Shown one piece after another: positions 20,200-29,516 of a DNA stretch of 64,000 nt. Position numbers and translations under genes: made by a program. Each line of letters opens with the position of its first letter. The stretch's first letter is position 1. The stretch covers positions 282,303 through 346,302 of the forward strand of contig JAXHNJ010000002.1 of NCBI GenBank assembly GCA_034520665.1, given 5' to 3'. The notes beneath the pieces were generated by a model. That model was not told where the DNA came from, did not search any database, and worked only from the letters and a program-made list of their open reading frames with translations. This DNA comes from Patescibacteria group bacterium (GTDB taxonomy: Bacteria > Patescibacteriota > Patescibacteriia > JAXHNJ01).

Positions 20200-22026
20200 T
20201 TGAAACTTTCTTTTGCTAAAATTTTAGATAAGCTAAAATCCCTTTTTAGTTTTAAAAAGAGTAAGACTAAGCTTCACGTTCATGATTACCAAGGTCGAAA
20301 AGAGCTGGATAAAAAGCTTGTTTTTGGCATGGCTAAATCTCGCATCCCCTCCTGGCAACAGTGGAAATATTTAAGAAAATCATTCACTGAAAAAGAATCT
20401 TTTATTTTTAATACAGCGGTTATACTTTTGGTGCTTTCTCTTTTGTTTCTAGGCGTAAGGCTCTATCAAGAGCATGTTTACCTAGTGCCCAAAGAAGGTG
20501 GTCAATATGTCGAAGCGGCTATTGGTGCTCCTAAATATATTAATCCTATTTTTTCCCAGACTAATGATGTTGATGGCGATCTTTCCCAGCTTATTTATTC
20601 CAGTCTTATTAAATACAACAAAGAAAGCGAAATAGCTTACGATCTTTTAGAGGATTATGAATTGTCAGAAGACCAAAAAGTTTATACTTTTCACATTAAA
20701 AAGAATATTAAATGGCATGACGGAGAGGAATTAACTGTTAATGATATACTCTTTACTATTGAGCTGGCCCAAAACGCAGAAATAGGCAGCCCTCTCTATC
20801 TTAATCTAGCTGGCGTAGAAACCGAAAAAGTAGATGATTATACTTTTAAACTTACTTTGAGTGAACCTTTTGCTCCTTTTCTTTCTACTTTAAATTTTGG
20901 TATCCTACCTCAACATCTTTATAAAGATGTACCTTATGAAAATATTCGTTTGGTTGAATATAATTTAAAACCAATTGGTTCCGGACCTTTTAAATTTAAA
21001 ACTTTAACCCGAGGCAGTTTTGGAGAGATTAAAAAATTTACTATGGAAAAAAACGAGAATTATTACGCTAAAAAGCCTTATCTTGACAAAATCGTCTTTC
21101 GCTTTTACCCGGATCTACCTAGTGCTGTTGGGGCTTTAAAAAACAAAAATGTTGAAGGTATTAGCTATATTTCTAAAGAGTATGAGGAAGAATTACCACA
21201 GAAATTAAATATTAATTATTATCACTTAAATTTACCGCAATATACAGCTGTTTTTTATAACACAAAAAATGAAATCTTAGAAAATAAAAAAATCAGAGAA
21301 GCCCTTTCCTTTGCTACTAACAAAAATGAAATTATTAATGACGTTCTAAACGGCATTGGAGAAACGGTTCACGGGCCCATTCTAAAAGGTTTCTTTGGCT
21401 ATACCGAAGAGGTAAAAGATTTTATTTACAATCCTGGGGAAGCCCAAAATCTTCTAGATGATGCCGGCTGGACTATGGATGAAGAAAAGGGTGTGCGCAC
21501 TAAAGATGATAAAGAGCTAAAATTTAATCTCACTACCCTTAATCAGCCGGAATATATGAAAGTAGCCGAAAAATTAAAGGAATACTGGAATAAAATCGGT
21601 TGTCAGGTGGAAACTATTTTTGTAGAGAGCGATCGTATTGAGCAAGCTGTTATTAAAAACCGCGAATATGACTCAATACTTTATGGAGAAATTATCGGTT
21701 ATGATCCTGATCCTTATCCTTTTTGGCATTCTTCTCAACAGCAGCATCCAGGCCTCAATCTTTCTATTTATTATAATAAGAAGATTGATAAAATACTGGA
21801 GGAAGCCAGAAAAATTCCTGACCCCCAAAAAAGAGCCGAGAAATACGCTGAATTTTCTAAAATTATAGCAGAAGAACAACCAGCCCTTTTCCTTTACAGT
21901 CCTTACTATACCTATGGACTCTCAAAAAACGTTAAAGGCTTTGACTTAAGCAGAATTGTCAGCCCTCAGGACCGGTTTAACCAAATTCAAGAGTGGTATA
22001 TCAATACCAAAAGAGCCTGGCAATAG
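20200..22026 (+). CDS. Family-5 (OppA/DppA-like) peptide ABC transporter substrate-binding protein, N-terminally anchored
   Basis: It is 608 aa with SBP_bac_5-like regions and a TTG start. No permease or ATPase genes are adjacent. Confidence 0.7.
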   Translation: MKLSFAKILDKLKSLFSFKKSKTKLHVHDYQGRKELDKKLVFGMAKSRIPSWQQWKYLRKSFTEKESFIFNTAVILLVLSLLFLGVRLYQEHVYLVPKEGGQYVEAAIGAPKYINPIFSQTNDVDGDLSQLIYSSLIKYNKESEIAYDLLEDYELSEDQKVYTFHIKKNIKWHDGEELTVNDILFTIELAQNAEIGSPLYLNLAGVETEKVDDYTFKLTLSEPFAPFLSTLNFGILPQHLYKDVPYENIRLVEYNLKPIGSGPFKFKTLTRGSFGEIKKFTMEKNENYYAKKPYLDKIVFRFYPDLPSAVGALKNKNVEGISYISKEYEEELPQKLNINYYHLNLPQYTAVFYNTKNEILENKKIREALSFATNKNEIINDVLNGIGETVHGPILKGFFGYTEEVKDFIYNPGEAQNLLDDAGWTMDEEKGVRTKDDKELKFNLTTLNQPEYMKVAEKLKEYWNKIGCQVETIFVESDRIEQAVIKNREYDSILYGEIIGYDPDPYPFWHSSQQQHPGLNLSIYYNKKIDKILEEARKIPDPQKRAEKYAEFSKIIAEEQPALFLYSPYYTYGLSKNVKGFDLSRIVSPQDRFNQIQEWYINTKRAWQ

Positions 22027-22166
22027 ACCAGCTCTTACTTTTAGTTAAATATTGACCTAAAATAACCCGTTATACAGCGGGGCCAGCACACTGATTATAA
22101 AATTAATCAACTAAATATAAATAGGCCGGAGTGGCGGAATTAGTAGACCGGCCCGCCTCTGCCTTT

Positions 22167-22248
22167 GCCGAGATGGCGGAACTGGTAGACGCGCACGGTT
22201 CAGGACCGTGTGGGGAAACCCGTGGGAGTTCAACTCTCCCTCTCGGCA
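22167..22248 (+). tRNA. tRNA-Leu(CAG), type II; no CCA is encoded
   Basis: It folds as a cloverleaf: acceptor GCCGAGA/TCTCGGC, anticodon loop TTCAGGA, T-arm GGGAGTTCAACTCTCC. Confidence 0.85.
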
Positions 22249-22324
22249 GAGGTAATGGCGGGCGCGCATGGTTTTAGGAACTTGTGGTTCAAGACTCGCC
22301 TTCGGCACCATTAAATAAAAAATT

Positions 22325-24076
22325 ATGAATAAAAAACAAAAGAAAAAATCTCCTTCGGCCTCGAGCTCAGAGCCGAAAGGCAAAACAAATCCTAAACAAA
22401 ATTTTTCTTCTCAAAAAAAACTACGGATTATACCGCTGGGCGGACAGGAAGAAGTCGGTCGCAATATGAATGTTTTTGAATACAATCAGGACATCGTCAT
22501 TATTGATATGGGTATGCAATTTCCAGAAGAAGAAATGCCTGGTATTGATTATATTATACCCAATATAAAATATTTAAAAGGTCAAGAAAAAAATATCCGG
22601 GGGGTAATTTTTACCCATGGACATCTTGATCATATTGGCGCCGCCCCGATACTACTAGAAAAGCTGGGTTACCCGCCGGTTATCGGCCGCCCTTTAACCC
22701 TAGCTATGATTAAAAGTCGGCTGGAAGATTATAAAAAGGGCTCCAGCAAAAGACTAAAAACTATTGAAATAAAAAATATTAAGCAAAAAATAAAACTGGC
22801 TTCTTTTGAAGCTTCCTTTTTTCCAGTTGACCATTCTACTATGGACGCTATGGGTATTGTTTTAAAAACTCCTCAAGCAAACATTATTCATCCAGGCGAC
22901 TGGACTTATGAAGAAAATCCGGTAAAAAGAAAATCTATAAATTACCATCATCTTTCGCGTCTTAAAAAACCAACCGTACTTATGCTAGAAAGCCTAGCTT
23001 CAACCAGTAATAGGCCCCGTGTACCAGAAAAAACTATGTACCAAAATATTGAAAAACTAATTAAGGAAGCTTCCGGTCGTATTATTCTGGCTACCTTTTC
23101 CTCACAAATTGAAAGAATAAAAAATATTATTCCCCTGGCTGAAAAATTTGGCCGCAAAGTAGCTTTTGACGGTTACAGCATGCGTTTGAATATGGAGATT
23201 GCTAAAAAACTGGGTTATATAAAATTCAAAAAATCAAATATAATCCCTATCAAAAAAATTAATAAATATCCGGATAATAAAGTTCTCATTTTCTGCACCG
23301 GCGCTCAGGGTGAACCCAGAGCCGTACTTTCCCGTATGGTTGAAGGTAGTCATAAATACGTTCAGATAAAAAAGAAGGATACCGTCATCTTTTCTTCTTC
23401 AGTTATCCCGGGTAACGAAAGATCAATCCAAAAATTGAAAGATTCTCTCTACCGTTTGTCTGATAATGTTATACATAACGATATTATGGACGTACACAGC
23501 TCTGGTCACGCTACCGCTCAAGATATGATTAAAGTAGTCAGACAAATTAAGCCCACCTATTTTATGCCCGTTTACGCTCATTACTACTTTTTAAAAGAAG
23601 CTGAAAAATTAATCGCTCGTGATAACTTTGCCAAGAAAAATATTTTTGTTCTGGAAAATGGACAAACCCTAGAATTTAAAAATAAAAAACCCAGGAAAAT
23701 AAAAAAGAAAGTCCCCACTAACTATATTATGGTCGACGGACTGGGCGTCGGTGATGTCGGTGAAATAGTACTACGTGATCGTAATGTTTTAGCTAAGGAC
23801 GGTATGGTAGTTATAATATTAAAAGTAGATGACAAAAATAAAAAAATAATTGGCGAGCCTGATATAATCTCACGAGGTTTTGTCTATATGAAAAAATCAA
23901 ATAAACTAATCAAAGATACTAAGCAAAAGGTAAAAGATATATTTAACTCCGCTCCCAGAAGAAAAACAAACTACTGGGATCCCCTTAAATCAAAAATAAG
24001 GGATGATATTGGCCAGTATCTTTTTAATAAAACCGAGAGAAGGCCGATGATCCTGCCAGTTTTGATTGAAGTCTGA
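22325..24076 (+). CDS. rnj: Ribonuclease J (beta-CASP metallo-beta-lactamase)
   Basis: The HGHLDHIG motif and beta-CASP and C-terminal domains are present. It is 583 aa. Confidence 0.85.
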   Translation: MNKKQKKKSPSASSSEPKGKTNPKQNFSSQKKLRIIPLGGQEEVGRNMNVFEYNQDIVIIDMGMQFPEEEMPGIDYIIPNIKYLKGQEKNIRGVIFTHGHLDHIGAAPILLEKLGYPPVIGRPLTLAMIKSRLEDYKKGSSKRLKTIEIKNIKQKIKLASFEASFFPVDHSTMDAMGIVLKTPQANIIHPGDWTYEENPVKRKSINYHHLSRLKKPTVLMLESLASTSNRPRVPEKTMYQNIEKLIKEASGRIILATFSSQIERIKNIIPLAEKFGRKVAFDGYSMRLNMEIAKKLGYIKFKKSNIIPIKKINKYPDNKVLIFCTGAQGEPRAVLSRMVEGSHKYVQIKKKDTVIFSSSVIPGNERSIQKLKDSLYRLSDNVIHNDIMDVHSSGHATAQDMIKVVRQIKPTYFMPVYAHYYFLKEAEKLIARDNFAKKNIFVLENGQTLEFKNKKPRKIKKKVPTNYIMVDGLGVGDVGEIVLRDRNVLAKDGMVVIILKVDDKNKKIIGEPDIISRGFVYMKKSNKLIKDTKQKVKDIFNSAPRRKTNYWDPLKSKIRDDIGQYLFNKTERRPMILPVLIEV

Positions 24077-24190
24077 TTGCTTATAACCAGTTGCGAATCG
24101 CCAATCATAGTATAGACGACAAGTAACAAACGATTAACGATTTGCTAACAACAACTACAATATTTTTGACTTACATGTTAAAATAAAAAC

Positions 24191-25159
24191 ATGAATAAAA
24201 TCGTATTATCGGGTTATCAACCGACTGGAAAAGTTCACATTGGTAATTACCTGGGCTCACTTAAAAATTTCGTCCAACTACAACATAAATACCAATGTTT
24301 CTTTTTTATTGCTGATTATCACTCGATCACTGAAAATTATAAGATTGAAGAAAAACAAAAACAGATTATTAATACGGCTAAATCATTTTTGGCCGCCGGT
24401 CTTGATCCTAAAAAATGCACTATTTACGTTCAGTCACATATTCCAGAAGTTTTTGAATTAACCTGGATATTTAATTGTTTGACTTCATTTTCTGAACTAA
24501 AAAGAATGACCCAGTTTAAAGATAAATCTTCTAGACAGCCCGAGAATATTAATATCGGCCTTTTTGATTATCCGGTTTTGCAAGCGGCTGATATTCTTCT
24601 TTATAAAACTAATCTGGTACCAGTGGGCGAAGATCAGGTACAGCATCTGGAGTTGACCCGAAAAATAGCCCGTAATTTTAACCAGCGCTTTGGCCAGTAT
24701 TTTGAAGAGCCCAACGAACTTTTGACAAAAACTGCCCGTGTTATGAGCTTAAACAAACCTCAGGAAAAAATGAGTAAAAGTCTGGGTGAAAAAAGTTATA
24801 TTGCCTTAACTGACAGTCCGGAAATTGTAAAGAAAAAAATATCCTCGGCGATCACAGCCACTTCTGGCGGAGAAAAATCTCCCGGAGTAAAAAATCTTTT
24901 TACTTTACTCAATGAGTTTTCTGAAAAAAATATCTATAAAGAATTTAAAAAAGAAGAGAAACAAGGTACTATTAAATATTCAAAATTAAAAGAAAAGCTC
25001 TCAAAAAATATAGCTGATTATTTTGAAGATTTTAGAAATAAATTTAATTCTCTAAAAGATAAAGAAGTCCTTAAAATCCTTGACCAAGGCGCTAAAAAAG
25101 CCCGTCCCCTGGCTCAAAAAACCTTAAAAGAAGTCAAAGAAAAAATGGGATTAATATAA
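24191..25159 (+). CDS. trpS: Tryptophanyl-tRNA synthetase
   Basis: This is a class I enzyme with a HIGH-like motif (TGKVHIGNYLG) and KMSKS. It is 322 aa. Confidence 0.85.
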   Translation: MNKIVLSGYQPTGKVHIGNYLGSLKNFVQLQHKYQCFFFIADYHSITENYKIEEKQKQIINTAKSFLAAGLDPKKCTIYVQSHIPEVFELTWIFNCLTSFSELKRMTQFKDKSSRQPENINIGLFDYPVLQAADILLYKTNLVPVGEDQVQHLELTRKIARNFNQRFGQYFEEPNELLTKTARVMSLNKPQEKMSKSLGEKSYIALTDSPEIVKKKISSAITATSGGEKSPGVKNLFTLLNEFSEKNIYKEFKKEEKQGTIKYSKLKEKLSKNIADYFEDFRNKFNSLKDKEVLKILDQGAKKARPLAQKTLKEVKEKMGLI

Positions 25160-25217
25160 AATTATTAAAAAATCTTAAAATTCTGTTAAGTTAACCCATT
25201 TAATAATAAAGATTAAA

Positions 25218-25433
25218 ATGACTAAATGGATTATAATAATTATATTAATAATAATTGCTTGGTTTATACTCTTATTACTTGGTTCCTTATTTAATTGGCA
25301 TACTTTAGACTTTGATATTAAGCAAAAAGATGTTTTGACTAGATTAACTAAAAATAAAAAATACTTTCTCATCAATAATAAAGATATAAACTCTAGGGCT
25401 AAGCCAGATAAAAAAATTTCTCTAAATTATTAG
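25218..25433 (+). CDS. Small hypothetical membrane protein
   Basis: It has one hydrophobic helix. A competing antisense ORF lies at 25175-25375. Confidence 0.25.
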   Translation: MTKWIIIIILIIIAWFILLLLGSLFNWHTLDFDIKQKDVLTRLTKNKKYFLINNKDINSRAKPDKKISLNY

Positions 25434-25567
25434 TAAAAATTAATAAAAAAATATCTTGAATTAAAAGATAAAAATAAATATCAAAGATTAGAATTAAAAA
25501 ATATTTTAATCTAAGAAATAAGGAAATATTCTAAATATTCAATTAAAATAGGATTAATCTAATATAT

Positions 25568-26464
25568 ATGTTTGAAAATCAAAACCAACCAAAAAAACCT
25601 CAAAGCCCGCCTGCTAGTTTACCTAACCAAGGCCAGCCAGACAATAAGCCAAAATCTAATCTACAAAAACCGGCTGATCTAAAACAGTCTCAAAGCCATA
25701 CAAAGTCAGAAAAAAACAGCCAAAACACTGATAATAGTGATATATCGGCCAAAATTGCTGAATTAAATAAAATAAGCCACGGCGGAAAAAAGAAAATAAC
25801 TATTATTACTGTAGCTATAATAGTTATTATTGGTTTAATCATTGGTGCTATTTATCTTTTTCAAAACTTAAACAGTCCAGAAAAGGAAGAAATAGTGGTT
25901 ACAGGCTCCAATAATATTAATAATAATGGTAATTTAAGTGTTAATAAAGACCTTAATCTAAATACCAACGCTAATACCAATAATAATTCAAATAATACTA
26001 ACACTTATATCAACACTAGCAATCCCAATAGCGACTCAGATAACGACGGCCTTATAAACAAAAAAGAATTATATTATGGCACCTCACCAACAAAAAAAGA
26101 CACTGACGGAGATGGCTACAGCGATTTAAATGAAATAGAAAATAAATTTAATCCTTTGGGAAGCGGTAAATTAACGGCCGAAGATTTTTATATTTATTGT
26201 GTTAATAATTTAAATGATAATTTAGAAGAAAAATACCAGGACTTAATCGGCAGGAATAATATCAATACTTTTTGTCAGGCCGGACAGGAGCTTATTTCTG
26301 AATATGGCTTAGGTAAAAATACTATCAGCCATACCGCTTATTTAACCAAGTGCCAGGAAAAATTTACTGAAGAGAATTCTAACACCAGTAATTCCATTTT
26401 AATCAATAACTGCCAGAATGAATTAAGTCCGATAATTATTGATTTTTTAAGCCCGGGTAATTAA
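25568..26464 (+). CDS. Anchored Asn/Ser-rich low-complexity protein with thrombospondin-type-3-like calcium-binding repeats
   Basis: A TM helix is followed by an N-rich tract. The repeats read DSDNDGLINKKE and DTDGDGYSDLNE (DxDxDG). Confidence 0.6.
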   Translation: MFENQNQPKKPQSPPASLPNQGQPDNKPKSNLQKPADLKQSQSHTKSEKNSQNTDNSDISAKIAELNKISHGGKKKITIITVAIIVIIGLIIGAIYLFQNLNSPEKEEIVVTGSNNINNNGNLSVNKDLNLNTNANTNNNSNNTNTYINTSNPNSDSDNDGLINKKELYYGTSPTKKDTDGDGYSDLNEIENKFNPLGSGKLTAEDFYIYCVNNLNDNLEEKYQDLIGRNNINTFCQAGQELISEYGLGKNTISHTAYLTKCQEKFTEENSNTSNSILINNCQNELSPIIIDFLSPGN

Positions 26465-26481
26465 TATAAATATAAAAAAAT

Positions 26482-26514
26482 AAGGTGTACCTATTGTTGA
26501 TACACCTTTTTTTA
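26482..26514 (+). terminator. Intrinsic terminator
   Basis: The hairpin AAGGTGTA-N11-TACACCTT is followed by TTTTTTTAT. Confidence 0.65.
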
Positions 26515-26683
26515 TAAGATAAGTTCAAGATAAGATACCCGCCAATTTATTGCGCGAGATTTGATAGCCAAGGAAAAGTAAACAAACAAAGACGAATACA
26601 ATGTTGACTATCGGGGCTAGAAAAACGTGTTTTATTATTAAGATTAGTAAATTATCTTCCATATCAATATCTCCTTTCCTATT

Positions 26684-26992
26684 CTAATTTATCCAGTTAT
26701 TGCCTAAATTAAATTCTCGCAAATAAATAAACCTGATTATTAATGATATAGTGCAATAAAAAATAATCCATTTTAGCCAAGCCATAGTTTCAAAGCCATA
26801 ATACATACTTAAAAGCCATATACCCCCGGTTAGAAAAATCAATATAATTTTTATCCGGGTGAAAGCAATTAGTAATGCTGCTAAACAAAAAATAAAAAAG
26901 CAGATGATTAATAAAAAGATAAGAACCGGCGAAATGGCTAAAAGATCATCATCAATATTCTGATCATCTTCACAAATTACATTATTACTCAC
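26684..26992 (-). CDS. Hypothetical membrane protein
   Basis: It is a hydrophobic ORF of 102 aa. Confidence 0.35.
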   Translation of the reverse strand: MSNNVICEDDQNIDDDLLAISPVLIFLLIICFFIFCLAALLIAFTRIKIILIFLTGGIWLLSMYYGFETMAWLKWIIFYCTISLIIRFIYLREFNLGNNWIN

Positions 26993-27117
26993 AATAAAAC
27001 CTCCTTAAAATTCAAAATTTAAAGAACAATCTTTTCTAAATTCCTATATTACTTTATACTACATAGATCTAATTGTGTCAATAAAAAATAAGGCCTCTTA
27101 CAAGGGTAAGAAGCCTT

Positions 27118-27357
27118 TTATTTTCGCTGATAATCATTATAATTATTCTTAAAAGGAACTAAGGTTCTTAAAAAAGCAGTAATAAAAATGCCTAACAAGA
27201 GTCCTAAAATAAAAATTCTGCCGAAAATAAAAATAAGTATAATAATGATCAGAGTCATCAGACCCAATGCCTTGGGGCCAAGAGTAAAAATAAATAAAAC
27301 TAAAAGAACTAAAAAAGCTAATAATTTTCTGATTATTTTAAAAGGGCTGTTTTTCAT
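27118..27357 (-). CDS. Small hypothetical membrane protein
   Basis: It has 2 TM helices. A terminator hairpin lies downstream at ~27083-27115. Confidence 0.4.
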   Translation of the reverse strand: MKNSPFKIIRKLLAFLVLLVLFIFTLGPKALGLMTLIIIILIFIFGRIFILGLLLGIFITAFLRTLVPFKNNYNDYQRK

Positions 27358-27393
27358 AAACCCTCCTTCCCTCTTCTATATAAAGAAAATACT

Positions 27394-28182
27394 TTAGCTC
27401 AAATTATAATACTCTAACTTGACTTTATTGTCAAACCATTTGCTGACTAAGCCTTGAGCTTGCGGCGTTAAATCAGAAACAAAAAACTGGTGTTTTTGAG
27501 ATTTAATTTTTTTAAATATTTCCGGATTAGCTTCTAAATATTTTTTAATTTCTTTAACTATCTCGCTAGCTGAATCAATCAAGGCCACGTTTTTACCCGT
27601 TTTTTGCTTAATAATATTTTTCAAAAAAGGATAATGAGTACAGCCTAAAATTAAAGTATCAACTTGCTTTTGCTTTAAGGGCCATAAATATTTTTTTAGT
27701 ATTTTTTTGGTTTCCGGTCTTTTCAGCCAATTCTCTTCCACTAGAGGGACTAACAAGGGCGCTGGCTGGGAAAAAACTTTAATTTCATTATCTTTTGATT
27801 TAATTAATTTTTTATAGATACCGCTATTAATAGTAGCCCGAGTGCCAATAACGCCAATTCTTTTATTTTTAGTTTTTTTTACGGCCGCTTTAACCGCCGG
27901 GCTAATAACTTCAAAAATTGGTAAAGAGGGATATTTTTTTTTCAAACCCGGAAAAGCCACGGCTGAAGCAGTATTGCAAGCAATAACAATTATATCCGCT
28001 CCCTGATTAATTAAAAAACGAGTGTCTTCATGCGCATACCCTTCTATTATTTCCGGCCCCTTGTTACCGTAAGGTGTACGAGCCGTGTCACCAAAATAAA
28101 CAATACCGGCTTGAGGCAATTGTTTAAAAAATTCATGAATCACTGTAAGCCCCCCTAAGCCTGAATCAAATATGCCAATCAT
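27394..28182 (-). CDS. murI: Glutamate racemase
   Basis: The motifs GIFDSGLGGLTV, IVIACNTAS and GCTHYP are present. Confidence 0.9.
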   Translation of the reverse strand: MIGIFDSGLGGLTVIHEFFKQLPQAGIVYFGDTARTPYGNKGPEIIEGYAHEDTRFLINQGADIIVIACNTASAVAFPGLKKKYPSLPIFEVISPAVKAAVKKTKNKRIGVIGTRATINSGIYKKLIKSKDNEIKVFSQPAPLLVPLVEENWLKRPETKKILKKYLWPLKQKQVDTLILGCTHYPFLKNIIKQKTGKNVALIDSASEIVKEIKKYLEANPEIFKKIKSQKHQFFVSDLTPQAQGLVSKWFDNKVKLEYYNLS

Positions 28183-29516
28183 TTGTTTTGCTTGATAAAA
28201 TTTACTAATTCCTCCCTTTTTTCCTCCATAATTTCTTTAGTGTCAGCTTCCACGGTAATTCTCAGTAAGGGTTCAGTATTTGAAGGCCGGACATTAAACC
28301 ACCAATCTTTATATTCCACAGTAATACCGTCTAAATCATCTTGGCGGCCGTCTTGATATTTTTCTTTTATTTTATTAATTATTTCTTCAGCATTTTCTAT
28401 CTCTACATTTGTCTCCGGACTTTTTACATATTTGGCAAATGGTTTAATAATTTCAGATAATGGTTGATTATGTTTCGATAAAACTTCCAATAAAATAAGA
28501 AATGAAATAAAACCCGAGTCAGCAAAAGCATTTCTCCGAAAAGAATAATGAGCCGAAAGCTCGCCACCCATTATGCCTTTTTCTTCCCGCATCTTTTTGG
28601 AAATATTAACGTAGCCGGTTTTTGCGCGAATCGGCCGCCCCCCCCATTTTTTAATATATTCCGGCACTGAGCGAGAGCAAATTAAATTGTAAACAATACC
28701 GGCTCCTTTTTCTTTTTCCAGAAAAAACTTAGCCAGGATTAATAAAGTAATATCAGCGGCAATAAAATTACCTTTCTCATCAACAAAGAAAAGCCGGTCG
28801 GTATCGCCGTCAAAAATAGCGCCAAAATCTGCCTCTTCTTTTTTAACTGCTTCGGTAATCTGTTTTTGGCTTTCCGGCATCAAAGGATTAGAGGGATGAG
28901 CCGGAAAATTACCATCTAGTTTAAAATTTAAAGGCCTGACTTTAATTGGTAATTCTTTTTCTAATTCCGGAATAATACGGCCGGCTAAACCATTGCCGGC
29001 ATCAACCACTACTTTAAAAGGTTTTATTTTATCTTTATCCACAAAACTCATGACATGGTTAATATATTTATCCATAATATCTTCCTGCCTGACTTGTCCT
29101 TTATTTTTGGCTGTTTGTTCCGGTAAATTTTTAACATCCTCCAGAAGCTCTTCACCTCTGATCCACTTCATATCTTTCAATACCATTTTAAAGCCATTAT
29201 ATTCAGATGGATTATGAGAAGCAGTAATCATAATACCAGCCTGATCACCAAAAATACCAACCGAGGCATAAACCGCGTCAATGGGCATCAATCCTATATC
29301 CTTAACATTTACCCCTTCATCAATAATGCCTTTGATTAAAGCTTTTTTCAGAGCTGGTCCGGATAATCTCATATCATGCCCTAAAGTCACTTCTTCGGCT
29401 TTTGACCGACAAGCAAAAGCCCGGCCAATCAAATAAGCTATTTCCTCATTAAGCTGGTCCGGATAAGTCCCTCGAATATCATAGGACTTAAATATTTTTT
29501 CATTTATTTTCGGCAT
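28179..29516 (-). CDS. Alpha-D-phosphohexomutase family enzyme (phosphoglucosamine mutase or phosphomannomutase type)
   Basis: The motifs ITASHNPSEYNGFK and GDTDRLFFVD are present. It is 445 aa. Confidence 0.8.
   Translation of the reverse strand: MPKINEKIFKSYDIRGTYPDQLNEEIAYLIGRAFACRSKAEEVTLGHDMRLSGPALKKALIKGIIDEGVNVKDIGLMPIDAVYASVGIFGDQAGIMITASHNPSEYNGFKMVLKDMKWIRGEELLEDVKNLPEQTAKNKGQVRQEDIMDKYINHVMSFVDKDKIKPFKVVVDAGNGLAGRIIPELEKELPIKVRPLNFKLDGNFPAHPSNPLMPESQKQITEAVKKEEADFGAIFDGDTDRLFFVDEKGNFIAADITLLILAKFFLEKEKGAGIVYNLICSRSVPEYIKKWGGRPIRAKTGYVNISKKMREEKGIMGGELSAHYSFRRNAFADSGFISFLILLEVLSKHNQPLSEIIKPFAKYVKSPETNVEIENAEEIINKIKEKYQDGRQDDLDGITVEYKDWWFNVRPSNTEPLLRITVEADTKEIMEEKREELVNFIKQNK

Noticed and set aside
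22111-22383. 90 aa minus-strand ORF
   Set aside because: It spans tRNA-Leu and the GC-rich tRNA-fragment region. It is an artefact of GC-rich RNA-gene sequence.
24077-24190. Possible T-box leader upstream of trpS
   Set aside because: The spacer is only ~110 nt. No specifier or T-box consensus (AATTAGGGTGGNACCGCG) is visible.
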